Origin: Chitinophagales bacterium
GTDB taxonomy: Bacteria; Bacteroidota; Bacteroidia; Chitinophagales; JADJOU01
Length of the DNA: 64,000 bases
Assembly: GCA_044368655.1 (NCBI GenBank)
Contig: JBIPPB010000001.1
Location: forward strand, 75,317-139,316
Direction of reading: 5' to 3'
Within the stretch, counting starts at the first letter, position 1; each line of letters starts with the position of its first letter. Below the pieces are notes generated by a model that was given only the letters and a program-made list of their open reading frames with translations, had not been told where the DNA came from and did no database searches. The position numbers and the translations under genes are program-made. This document shows, piece after piece, positions 39,073 to 48,012 of the stretch.

Positions 39073-39628
39073 ATTTAACGATGTATTAAAAGGAAAACGA
39101 TTGGAATTGATTCGTACAATTCCTACATTAGCTTTTTCTGAAGTTTTATTTGAAACCGTTGACTCAAATCGGGAACATTTAAAACCTTGGTTTCCTTGGG
39201 TTAACCAAACACTTTCGTCGGAAGATAGCTACAATTATTTATTAGACAAAGAAGAAAAAACAAAACGTAAAGAAATTATTGAATATGGGATTTATTACTT
39301 AAATCAATATATTGGGAATATTTCGATTTTTGATTTGAATAATATTGTGAAATCTGGTGAAATTGGATATTGGATTTCGAAAGAATATACCAATAAGGGT
39401 TTAATGACCGAAGCGGTAAAAATACTTGAAAAAGAATTTTTTGAACATTTCGAATTTAATCGCCTTCAAATAAAAAGTGATTTTTTAAATGAAGCTTCCA
39501 AAAAGGTAGCTTTAAATTGTAATTTTAAAACTGAGGGCATTTTAAGAGAAAATCGATATAACAATTATTTTGAAAACATAAGATCTACTATTATTTTCTC
39601 AAAATTACGCTCAGAATATTTTGCATAA
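39062..39628 (+). CDS. GNAT family N-acetyltransferase (RimJ/RimL-like)
   Basis: Contains LKGKRLELIR... and GEIGYWISKEYTNKGLMTEAV (acetyl-CoA-binding motif A-like), plus NxxSxKVALNCNFKTEG. TTG start overlapping the upstream gene by 11 nt. Confidence 0.7.
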   Translation: MNFEFNDVLKGKRLELIRTIPTLAFSEVLFETVDSNREHLKPWFPWVNQTLSSEDSYNYLLDKEEKTKRKEIIEYGIYYLNQYIGNISIFDLNNIVKSGEIGYWISKEYTNKGLMTEAVKILEKEFFEHFEFNRLQIKSDFLNEASKKVALNCNFKTEGILRENRYNNYFENIRSTIIFSKLRSEYFA

Positions 39629-39664
39629 AAAAAGGCCGACATTTGCCGACCTTTATAATTTAAT

Positions 39665-39958
39665 CTAGAATTTTACGCATGTTGATCCTGAAGGTCCAAA
39701 TTTTTTATATAACGCTATAAATGAATCCGCATTTTTAATGTCTAAAGTGTATTCTTTAAAAGGTTTTGTAAGATCCGTTTTTTTATAAACAATAATTGCC
39801 GTTTGTCCTGCACAATATTTTGAATAATAAACTTCGTCGCAACATCTTACACAACCGGTTCCTAGCGTTTCGGAACAAATATCATTATTTTGCTTGTCGC
39901 CACATGAGTTTACCGAAAATAAAAAAACAAAAAGAGAACTAAATAATAAATATTTCAT
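39665..39958 (-). CDS. small cysteine-rich lipoprotein (hypothetical)
   Basis: Signal/lipobox LFSVNSC. Seven Cys in 97 aa, including a CVRCC cluster. Confidence 0.5.
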   Translation of the reverse strand: MKYLLFSSLFVFLFSVNSCGDKQNNDICSETLGTGCVRCCDEVYYSKYCAGQTAIIVYKKTDLTKPFKEYTLDIKNADSFIALYKKFGPSGSTCVKF

Positions 39959-39991
39959 GATTTTAAAATTTATCTACAAAAATACAAAATC

Positions 39992-42202
39992 TTATTTTAA
40001 ATAATTTCCAATAAATTGTATTTTAACTAATCTTATATCTTCAACAGGTAAATCATCTTCTACAAAATGTTTAAAACATGCTTCTATGTCGCCGGTTTCA
40101 TTATTTTTAAACCAGTCGTACATTTCCTCTAATAAATCAAAATCTAAAATCTCATTGAGATAATAATTGATATCCAATCTTGTGCCGCTCATTATAATGC
40201 TTTCCATTTCTTCTACCAATTCTTCAAAACTACATTGTAATTCTCGAGCTAATGTTTCTAACTGAATTTTTTTATCTACACTTTTTATGATTTTTATTTT
40301 ATCGTTGCTTTTATTTACAACGGTACGAATAATCATATCCACCGAACGCTCAATTTGATTTTCTTCTACATATTTTTTAATTTCATCTACAAAAATCTGA
40401 CCAAACTTCAGCACTTTAGATTTGGTAACTCCTGTAATATCTTCTAATTCTTCAAGCGTTATCGGATATTTCAAACACATTTCTTCTAAAGAAGGATCTT
40501 GCAACAAAACGTAAGGTGGAAGTTTTTGCTTTGCGGCTTCTTTTTTACGAATATCTTTTAATATTTGAAATAAAACTTTATCATGTGCCGAATGATTATT
40601 TGAAGCTAAAACTATAGCCGTTTCACTTTCATAATCATGATTAAGCGCAATTTTAATTGAATACGGTTTCTGAATATAATCATGACCTTTTGGATGCATT
40701 TTTAATGTTCCGTATTCTTCTATTTCGCGATAAACTAAATTTTGAATAATCGCATTTCTAAACACTGAGGTCCAATAAATTTCATCTTTATCTTTTCCAA
40801 ATCCAAACTGTGGCAATAAATGATGTTTGTATGATGCTACCGAATCACTTTTTTCTCCAACCATTATTTTGGTTAAATGATGAATAAAATTGGATTCTTC
40901 ACAATCAATAATGGTTTTTAAAGCCATAACCATATCTTCGGTGATATCTTTTTCTTCCTTAGGATTTCTACAATTATCACACATTTTTTGCTCCGAACAC
41001 GACTCATCTTTATAATCTTGTCCAAAATAATTTAGTAAAAATTTTCTTCGACATTGGCCCGTTTCGATATAGGCAACCGTTTCATCAATTAAAACCATGC
41101 CTCTTTCACGCTCTGTAACGGTTTTATCGCTTAATAATTTTTCGACTTTATTGATGTCTTTATAATTAAAATACGCAATACAATTTCCTTCAAGGCCATC
41201 TCTTCCTGCTCTTCCTGTTTCTTGGTAATAATTTTCAATACTTTTTGCAATGTTAAAATGAATCACAAAACGAATGTCTGGTTTATCAATACCCATTCCG
41301 AAAGCAACGGTGGCTACAATAACATTTATTTCTTCATTTAAAAAGTCATCTTGTGTTTTTGATCGTAATTTTCCTTCAATTCCAGCATGGTAAGGTGCAG
41401 CTTTTATTCCATTTACACATAAAATTTCTGCAATTTTTTCTGCGGATTTTCTATTTAAAACATAAACGATTCCGGATTTATTTTCTTGTGTTTTAATATA
41501 GTGAACGATATTACGGATTGCCCAATCGTCATTTATTTTATGTCGTATTTCATAGTATAAATTTGGACGGTTAAATGAGCTTACATACAAATTATAATCT
41601 TTTAACCCTAAATTCTTGGCAATATCTGACTGTACTTTTGGTGTAGCAGTTGCGGTAAGCGCAACTACTGGAAATGTATAATTAAAACGATTTATAGCAT
41701 CTTTTATTCTTCGGTATTCAGGTCTAAAATCATGACCCCATTCAGAAATACAATGTGCTTCATCAATAGCAATAAAAGATATTTTAAATGAATTATAAAA
41801 ATTAAAATTATCTTCTTTAGCAAATGTTTCGGGAGCCACATATAATAACTTGGTTTTCCCATTTTTTACATCTTCTTCTACTTGTCTTTTTTGAGTAACG
41901 TTTAATGTACTATTATAAAAGTGCGCAATGGTGTCGGTTTCATTATAATTTCTAATTAAATCAACTTGATTTTTCATTAATGCAATTAAAGGCGAAACGA
42001 TAATTGCAGTTCCTTCTGAAATAATTGCTGGTAATTGATAACATAATGATTTTCCTCCTCCAGTTGGCATTAATACAAATGTATCTTTGCCATCCAAAAT
42101 AGAATTAATAATCTCTTTTTGATCTCCTTTAAATGAATCAAAACCAAAATTCTTTTGGAGTAATTGATTTAAATTAATTTCTTTAGAAATTGCGCTACTC
42201 AT
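39992..42202 (-). CDS. recQ: ATP-dependent DNA helicase RecQ
   Basis: Contains [14 protein letters not shown] and the DEAH box in [18 protein letters not shown]. Has an RQC zinc-finger Cys cluster and a C-terminal HRDC-like region. Confidence 0.93.
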   Translation of the reverse strand: MSSAISKEINLNQLLQKNFGFDSFKGDQKEIINSILDGKDTFVLMPTGGGKSLCYQLPAIISEGTAIIVSPLIALMKNQVDLIRNYNETDTIAHFYNSTLNVTQKRQVEEDVKNGKTKLLYVAPETFAKEDNFNFYNSFKISFIAIDEAHCISEWGHDFRPEYRRIKDAINRFNYTFPVVALTATATPKVQSDIAKNLGLKDYNLYVSSFNRPNLYYEIRHKINDDWAIRNIVHYIKTQENKSGIVYVLNRKSAEKIAEILCVNGIKAAPYHAGIEGKLRSKTQDDFLNEEINVIVATVAFGMGIDKPDIRFVIHFNIAKSIENYYQETGRAGRDGLEGNCIAYFNYKDINKVEKLLSDKTVTERERGMVLIDETVAYIETGQCRRKFLLNYFGQDYKDESCSEQKMCDNCRNPKEEKDITEDMVMALKTIIDCEESNFIHHLTKIMVGEKSDSVASYKHHLLPQFGFGKDKDEIYWTSVFRNAIIQNLVYREIEEYGTLKMHPKGHDYIQKPYSIKIALNHDYESETAIVLASNNHSAHDKVLFQILKDIRKKEAAKQKLPPYVLLQDPSLEEMCLKYPITLEELEDITGVTKSKVLKFGQIFVDEIKKYVEENQIERSVDMIIRTVVNKSNDKIKIIKSVDKKIQLETLARELQCSFEELVEEMESIIMSGTRLDINYYLNEILDFDLLEEMYDWFKNNETGDIEACFKHFVEDDLPVEDIRLVKIQFIGNYLK

Positions 42203-42330
42203 GTTTACCTATATTTTACGAAGTTAAAGATACAATGAATTTTTTTTTTCAAGTCAAATATTTAATGATTTCTTAAAATTTTTAGTAAAAGGTTTTATTT
42301 TATTATTTTAAGGTTCTCAATATTTAAATA

Positions 42331-43311
42331 TTATGATTCAAAATGCATCTTTTCATACGTAAAATCTATGTTAGGAAACTTTTTTTGGTATTGAATAATC
42401 TTTTCTTTATAACTCTTAATAAACTTTTGATGTTCTTCGGAGTGTAAATTTTTAGTTTTGTGCTGTCTGGCTAGATATAATTTATTCATTTCATCAATTA
42501 TATCAAAATCTTTTTCTTCAATACATAATTGTTTAAAATAATCAAATACAATTTCAGTGGCCAAATAATTTGGATGTGCAAAATCAATGTCAAAAAATCG
42601 ATAATCTCTTAAAACATCAATGACTATTTCATATGCCGGAAAATAGTAAAATTTATAATTTTTTTCTTGAAGTCTTGTCAAAGCTTCAATTAACCTCGAT
42701 TTCGATTTATTGTTTTCTATTACACCATCTCTTAAATGTCTTACCGGGCTAATTGTAAATATTATTTTCGTTTCCGCATTTAGCGATTTAATATTATTTA
42801 TAATATTAATTAATTGATTTTCAATTTCTTCTATAGATACTAAAACTTTTTCAAATTGATTTTGTGGATATTTATGGCAATTCGCTACAAACTTATTTTC
42901 TTGAACTAAACGATACGAAAACGAACTACCCAAAGTAATAATTACAAATTTTGATTTTTTTAAAAATTGATTTGCATTACATATAGAATTATTGATTTTT
43001 TCTATCGTATTTTGACTTTCTGTATCGTTAAAATCAGAATGATGATTCCAACTTAAATAAACATCTTTATAATTTACAATATCATCAAATTGATATATTT
43101 TATTATTTTTAATATCCTCAAAAGCTCTTGAAATAGATAAGGTATCAAATAATATTCCGTATGGATTTGACAAGACATCAAATTTTCGCCTTTTTAATTT
43201 TTGATATATTTCGGTAGAAAAACAAGACCCTATTAAAAAGATAGAATCGAACGCTTTTATTTTATCGTCATTTTCTCTAAATGTTGGATTTAAAATTAAC
43301 TGCTGTTGCAT
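42331..43311 (-). CDS. GSCFA domain protein
   Basis: IGSCFSTEI near the N-terminus, with an SGNH-like layout. 326 aa. Confidence 0.65.
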   Translation of the reverse strand: MQQQLILNPTFRENDDKIKAFDSIFLIGSCFSTEIYQKLKRRKFDVLSNPYGILFDTLSISRAFEDIKNNKIYQFDDIVNYKDVYLSWNHHSDFNDTESQNTIEKINNSICNANQFLKKSKFVIITLGSSFSYRLVQENKFVANCHKYPQNQFEKVLVSIEEIENQLINIINNIKSLNAETKIIFTISPVRHLRDGVIENNKSKSRLIEALTRLQEKNYKFYYFPAYEIVIDVLRDYRFFDIDFAHPNYLATEIVFDYFKQLCIEEKDFDIIDEMNKLYLARQHKTKNLHSEEHQKFIKSYKEKIIQYQKKFPNIDFTYEKMHFES

Positions 43312-43326
43312 TAAATTTTTTCTTAC

Positions 43327-43980
43327 CTATTGATTAAAAACAAATTGAATAATATTAGCACCCATTTTTAATGCTTTTTCTCTAACATCGGGAGTGTCTT
43401 TATGCACTTCTAAATCTTCCCAACCATCTCCTAAATCGGATTCATAGCTATAAAAACAAACTAATCTTCCTTTCCAAAATAATCCAAGACCTTCGGCCGC
43501 TTTATTATCATGCGAATGAATTTTTGGTAATCCATTCGGAAACTTATATTTTTGATTAAAAATAGGGTGATTATTTGGAATCGAAACAAATGAAAGTTCG
43601 GGAAATACTTTTTGCATTTCTTTTCTAAAAAATTTATCTAATCCATAATTATCATCAGCGTGTAAAAATCCACCAGAAATTAAATAATTTCTTAAGTTTT
43701 TTGCTTCTTGATCTGAAAAAATTATATTTCCATGGCCGGTTACGTGTACCATTGGGTAATTAAAAATTTCTATACTACCAACCTCAACGGTTGGCGATTG
43801 CAAACATAAATTTGTACCTAAATTTTGATTACAAAACTTACTTAAATTAGGTAACGATGTAGGATTTGCATACCAATCGCCTCCTCCGTTATATTTTAAA
43901 AGAGCAATACAATTTTGACTATAAATTGAGTTAAGTAAAAATAAACTAAAAAATATAATTACATATCGTTTTTTGTACAT
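43327..43980 (-). CDS. DUF4159 domain protein
   Basis: Signal peptide followed by LLKYNGGGDWYANPTSLPNL, the DUF4159 hallmark. Confidence 0.65.
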   Translation of the reverse strand: MYKKRYVIIFFSLFLLNSIYSQNCIALLKYNGGGDWYANPTSLPNLSKFCNQNLGTNLCLQSPTVEVGSIEIFNYPMVHVTGHGNIIFSDQEAKNLRNYLISGGFLHADDNYGLDKFFRKEMQKVFPELSFVSIPNNHPIFNQKYKFPNGLPKIHSHDNKAAEGLGLFWKGRLVCFYSYESDLGDGWEDLEVHKDTPDVREKALKMGANIIQFVFNQ

Positions 43981-44116
43981 TTTTCTTTTTTTTGCAAATA
44001 TATATAAATTGTCTCTAATTCTATAAAAAGTATAATAATTTTATATGATATAAAGTGTTGTACTATTTTTAATACACAATGTGGAAAAGATAATAAAAGT
44101 CTAAAATTATTTATCC

Positions 44117-44124
44117 TAATTTTG
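44117..44124 (+). promoter_or_regulatory. candidate -7 box TAATTTTG for ybaB
   Basis: Matches TAnnTTTG, 20 nt upstream of the ATG at 44145. Confidence 0.4.
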
Positions 44125-44144
44125 TTACAAATAAATTTTATACT

Positions 44145-44444
44145 ATGTTTGATATATTGAGTAAATTAGGTGATATTAAAGGAAAAGCAGAAAATGCTAA
44201 AAATGAAATTATTAATAAAAAAATAGAGTATTCAGATTCGAATAATTATATACAAATAACACTAAATGGAAAAAAAGATATTTTGAATATTCAAATTTCG
44301 GATTCATTTAATGAATTATCAAAAGAAGAAAAGCAAAATGTTTTATTAAAAGCATTGCAAGAAGCACTAAAAGAAAGTGAAAAATTTACTATTGATCAAT
44401 TTAAATCGGTCGTTCCTAATATACCAGGATTTAATTTATTTTAA
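44145..44444 (+). CDS. ybaB: YbaB/EbfC family nucleoid-associated protein
   Basis: 99 aa, with the size and layout of the family: a helical N-terminus, a central ITLNGKKDILNIQISDS beta segment and a helical C-terminus. Confidence 0.55.
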   Translation: MFDILSKLGDIKGKAENAKNEIINKKIEYSDSNNYIQITLNGKKDILNIQISDSFNELSKEEKQNVLLKALQEALKESEKFTIDQFKSVVPNIPGFNLF

Positions 44445-44820
44445 TAAAGACTTGATTTTAAGAAATATAACAATTGTTTAATTTAATTGTTAGTAGTGTA
44501 TTAAAACAAGGTCAATTTTAAGTAAAATGAAAAAAATCGATTTTTTATCCAATATTGATAAACAAAGTTATTCTATATAAAAACTATTTATTAACAAATT
44601 TTATAAATACTAAATATTAACATTACATTAATTTTAAATTTGTGGACAATGTATAAATTATTAAAAATTAATATTTTAGAATAATTAAAATGAAGTAAAA
44701 TTGTTAGTTAACAAAAAAGCAAATAAAAATAATATAATTATTAAGAAATCCACAGCCCTTATTATTATATATAGTTTTTTTATTTAAAAAAATATTTAAT
44801 ATATAATAAAGAATGTGCAT

Positions 44821-44828
44821 TACTTTTG
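44821..44828 (+). promoter_or_regulatory. candidate -7 box TACTTTTG for the L,D-transpeptidase-ybeY operon
   Basis: Matches TAnnTTTG, 47 nt upstream of the ATG at 44876. Confidence 0.35.
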
Positions 44829-44875
44829 TCATAAATCAATAATCAAAAAATTGTAAATTATTACATCAGTAAAAT

Positions 44876-45625
44876 ATGAAAATATTAATTCTTTTAATTC
44901 TTTTAGCACAAACCATGTTTTCTCAAGATTTTTTTAATCAGCAGCTTTTGTTTCCAAGAGTCGGAAATGCATTTATAAACAAAAGAGATAGTATTCAATT
45001 GTTATTAAAAAATAATAACATTGAAATAGAAAATCTAAATGTTTTTTGGCGTGCTACCAAATGGAATAAGAAGTTAGAATTATTTGCTTTTGATTTTAAG
45101 TTAAATAAATATAAGCTAATAAAGATTTATGATATTTGTGCCATCGTTGGTGATTTGGGTCCAAAACGCAAAGAAGGTGATTTACAAATTCCAGAGGGTT
45201 TTTATTATATTAAAACCTTTAATCCTAACAGTAAATACCATTTATCATTAGAGTTAAATTATCCAAATGAAAGTGATTTAGTTTCATGTGATTTTAATAA
45301 ACCAGGTGGTGATATTTATATTCACGGAAAATGCGAAACTATTGGCTGTTTGCCGATGACGGATCAATTAATGGAAGAAATATATATAATTAATTTATAT
45401 GCAAAACAAGCAGGTCAAGAATATATTCCTGTTCATATTTATCCAACAAAACTTACGGTAAATAATTTTAATAAGTTAAAATCAGATTATTTTAAGAATA
45501 ATATTAAACTTTTAGAATTTTGGACCAATCTAAAAGAGCATTGGGATTATTTTGAAAAAAATAAAACCCTTCCTTATTATGAAGTAAATAGAATTAATGG
45601 AAAATATATAATAATTAATAAATGA
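44876..45625 (+). CDS. L,D-transpeptidase family (YafK-like) protein
   Basis: Signal peptide. GDIYIHGKCETIGCLPMTD resembles the catalytic His...Cys block of YkuD-fold enzymes. Confidence 0.55.
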   Translation: MKILILLILLAQTMFSQDFFNQQLLFPRVGNAFINKRDSIQLLLKNNNIEIENLNVFWRATKWNKKLELFAFDFKLNKYKLIKIYDICAIVGDLGPKRKEGDLQIPEGFYYIKTFNPNSKYHLSLELNYPNESDLVSCDFNKPGGDIYIHGKCETIGCLPMTDQLMEEIYIINLYAKQAGQEYIPVHIYPTKLTVNNFNKLKSDYFKNNIKLLEFWTNLKEHWDYFEKNKTLPYYEVNRINGKYIIINK

Positions 45626-46062
45626 TAGATTCAAATTCTTTATTTTTTGATATTTCAGAGTCTTTAGATAATTCTAATTTTATTGATTTAATAAAGGAAA
45701 ATGAATTATATATTTATTTAAATGAGAATTGGTCTGACTTAAATATGCAAGTCGAATTTTTATTTGTTTCCTCTACTGAAATGATTGATTATAATAATCA
45801 ATTTTTAAATCATAATTATGATACTGACATATTAACATTTAATTTATCCACAGATAATTCCTTTATAATAGGCCAATGTATTCTGTCAATTAACAAAATA
45901 AATGAAAATGCTGTGGATTATAATGAAAGTTTAGAATCCGAATTGAACCGAGTTATTTATCATGGTTTATTACATTTAATTGGTTATAATGATGAAACCA
46001 AAAATGATAAAGTAGTGATGCGTGATTTAGAAAATAAGTATCTAAAATATTTAAATTTATAA
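45622..46062 (+). CDS. ybeY: rRNA maturation RNase YbeY
   Basis: Has the zinc motif HGLLHLIGYNDE. 146 aa. 4-nt overlap with the upstream gene. Confidence 0.85.
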   Translation: MIDSNSLFFDISESLDNSNFIDLIKENELYIYLNENWSDLNMQVEFLFVSSTEMIDYNNQFLNHNYDTDILTFNLSTDNSFIIGQCILSINKINENAVDYNESLESELNRVIYHGLLHLIGYNDETKNDKVVMRDLENKYLKYLNL

Positions 46063-46066
46063 TTCG

Positions 46067-46471
46067 ATGAGAAGTTTATTTTTATGTTTATTAATTTATA
46101 ATTTTTCATTTACTCAAAACTTAGTTCGAGTTCAAGAAAAAGAATATGAGTTTTATTTTAAGAAGAATAAAGAAATAGAAAAATATAATGATATTTTAGA
46201 ATATAAAATAAAAGTAAATCAAGATTGTACTTTTGAACTAATAGATTATGGAAAATCTAGAATACAAGCTAGAAATATTATTAATAAGTTTTTAAGAAAT
46301 AAAAATATAAATGATATTATTTATGATTTATATTTAGTGGAACCTCGTTTTAGTGAGAAATTTAAACGACCGTATGCAGAGAAAGTACAAAAAATTAAAG
46401 AAGAATATTATTGTGATTTATTAAAAGATAAAGTGCTTTATTATAATGAATCATTTAAAGACATTTTTTAA
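46067..46471 (+). CDS. hypothetical secreted protein
   Basis: 134-aa ORF with the N-terminal signal MRSLFLCLLIYNFSFTQ. No family recognised. Confidence 0.45.
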   Translation: MRSLFLCLLIYNFSFTQNLVRVQEKEYEFYFKKNKEIEKYNDILEYKIKVNQDCTFELIDYGKSRIQARNIINKFLRNKNINDIIYDLYLVEPRFSEKFKRPYAEKVQKIKEEYYCDLLKDKVLYYNESFKDIF

Positions 46472-46476
46472 AATAA

Positions 46477-46492
46477 TGTTCCACGTGGAACA
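46477..46492. repeat. 16-bp perfect palindrome TGTTCCACGTGGAACA, copy 1
   Basis: Read directly from the sequence. Begins 6 nt after the stop of the 46067-46471 gene. Confidence 0.95.
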
Positions 46493-46524
46493 CTAATATT
46501 TAAATAAAGTTTAATAAATTCAAT

Positions 46525-46540
46525 TGTTCCACGTGGAACA
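46525..46540. repeat. 16-bp perfect palindrome TGTTCCACGTGGAACA, copy 2
   Basis: Read directly from the sequence. Ends 2 nt before the stop codon of the convergent 46543-47376 gene. Confidence 0.95.
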
Positions 46541-46542
46541 TC

Positions 46543-47376
46543 TTATTGACCAAACAATTCTTCATACCTACTTTTTAATAAACTATCATTTTTAGAATTG
46601 TTTTCAATCTTAATCATAGAGTCAATTTTCTTTTGTTGTAACTCTAATTTATAAAATCGATTTTTCTTTTCTTTAGTTTCTTTAAATTGTTTGTAACCAA
46701 AATAACAAGCTTTTAATTTTTGACTGAGTTCATACATGGAAGCATCTAAAATTTCATCTTCAGAGAAATAACAAAATCGTATTATTTCATCCAATTCATC
46801 TGGATCATTAATTCTTAAAATAGACGAAATATAATCTCTATTATATTTTTGATTGGCTATTTCTCGCTTTTGAATTAAAACTAAAGCATTTAATCTACGT
46901 TTTTCTTTTTTATTAAAAGCATAATATAACATAGATATAGGACTCGATATAGCATTAATAGGATTACTAAAATAGGATTTTGGATTAAATATATTTCTTT
47001 TTATCTCAACGTCTTCTTCCTTTTCTTGATAAACTACAGAGTTTTTGGCTAAATTTTCATGTCGGATTATCGCTGGTTTTATTTGTTTTATGTATTGTAG
47101 TAATTCAAATTGAATAAATTTAGTGCTTTCTGTAATGTAAATAAATTCGGTTTGTTTTCCAATATAAGATGCTTGTATCATATCACCAATATTTCCTGTA
47201 ATCATAAATTTTCCTTCTTCATTCGTAATAGTGCCTCTGTCGGTATTAATATTATAAATAGAACACCCAGAAATAGGTTTATTCGTATTTAAATCAAAAA
47301 CAATTCCATAGTATGTATTCTGACTAAATAAAGAAATATTTATTGAAATAAATAATAAAAAAAGAAATTTAGACAT
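46543..47376 (-). CDS. carboxypeptidase-regulatory-like domain protein
   Basis: Signal peptide followed by YYGIVFDLNTNKPISGCSIYNINTDRGTITNEEGKFMI, a CarboxypepD_reg-like fold. Confidence 0.5.
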   Translation of the reverse strand: MSKFLFLLFISINISLFSQNTYYGIVFDLNTNKPISGCSIYNINTDRGTITNEEGKFMITGNIGDMIQASYIGKQTEFIYITESTKFIQFELLQYIKQIKPAIIRHENLAKNSVVYQEKEEDVEIKRNIFNPKSYFSNPINAISSPISMLYYAFNKKEKRRLNALVLIQKREIANQKYNRDYISSILRINDPDELDEIIRFCYFSEDEILDASMYELSQKLKACYFGYKQFKETKEKKNRFYKLELQQKKIDSMIKIENNSKNDSLLKSRYEELFGQ

Positions 47377-47404
47377 TTAAAGTTGACAATTTAATGTAAA
47401 TATA

Positions 47405-47435
47405 AATAAAAAAAGCTATCTCATTGGATAGCTTT
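47405..47435 (-). terminator. rho-independent terminator after the acetyltransferase gene
   Basis: Hairpin AAAGCTATC-TCATTG-GATAGCTTT (9-bp stem, 47412-47435), followed on the minus strand by a T7 run. Confidence 0.7.
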
Positions 47436-47441
47436 AACTTT

Positions 47442-48011
47442 TTATAATTTTATAACATTTTCATCTTTGAGCTGATATCGTTCGCCATTTTTACAAATAG
47501 CCAATCCATCCGAATCAAATTGTAATCGATGACCTTCCTCGCTATACCAACCTTTTTGTTTTGCTGGATTACCAACCATTAGTGCATAAGGTTTTACATC
47601 ACTTATCACAACACTTCCTGCACCAATAAATGAATAAGATCCTAATGTAATTCCACAAACTATTGTTGCATTGGCACCAATGGTACAACCTTTTTTTACT
47701 ATGGTTTTTGCATATTCGCTTTTACGATTTACGCCACTTCTTGGATTAATAACATTTGTAAATACACAAGATGGTCCTAAAAAAACATTATCTTCACAAA
47801 TGGTGCCGGTATAAACCGAAACATTATTCTGTATTTTTACATTGTTTCCAAGAATAACATCTGGACTAATCACTACATTTTGTCCAATATTACAATTTTT
47901 TCCTATTTTAGAATGGGTCATTATATGACTAAAATGCCAAATTTTAGTACCCTCTCCTATTTCGCAAGGTTCGTCTACATAAGAAGACTCATGAATAAAT
48001 ACATTTTTCAT
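47442..48011 (-). CDS. hexapeptide-repeat N-acetyltransferase, WbpD/WlbB-like
   Basis: Left-handed beta-helix repeats ([LIV]G-x4 periodicity) and the C-terminal NPAKQKGWYSEEGHRL tail, as in UDP-2-acetamido-3-amino-2,3-dideoxy-glucuronate N-acetyltransferases. Confidence 0.6.
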   Translation of the reverse strand: MKNVFIHESSYVDEPCEIGEGTKIWHFSHIMTHSKIGKNCNIGQNVVISPDVILGNNVKIQNNVSVYTGTICEDNVFLGPSCVFTNVINPRSGVNRKSEYAKTIVKKGCTIGANATIVCGITLGSYSFIGAGSVVISDVKPYALMVGNPAKQKGWYSEEGHRLQFDSDGLAICKNGERYQLKDENVIKL

Positions 48012-48012
48012 A

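Noticed and set aside
39629-39664. A bidirectional terminator hairpin in AAAAAAGGCCGACATTTGCCGACCTTT between the GNAT gene and the lipoprotein gene.
   Set aside because: On checking, GGCCGAC and GCCGACC form a direct repeat, not an inverted one. Only a 5-bp AAAGG/CCTTT stem with a 14-nt loop is possible, which is too weak to call.
44111-44119. TTATCCTAA as a DnaA box.
   Set aside because: It has two mismatches to the consensus, and it overlaps the TAATTTTG -7 box of ybaB, which explains it better.
44527-44580. A 17-codon ORF (MKKIDFLSNIDKQSYSI) in the AT-rich gap after ybaB.
   Set aside because: It is too short, has no recognisable promoter box or ribosome-binding context, and such ORFs are expected by chance.
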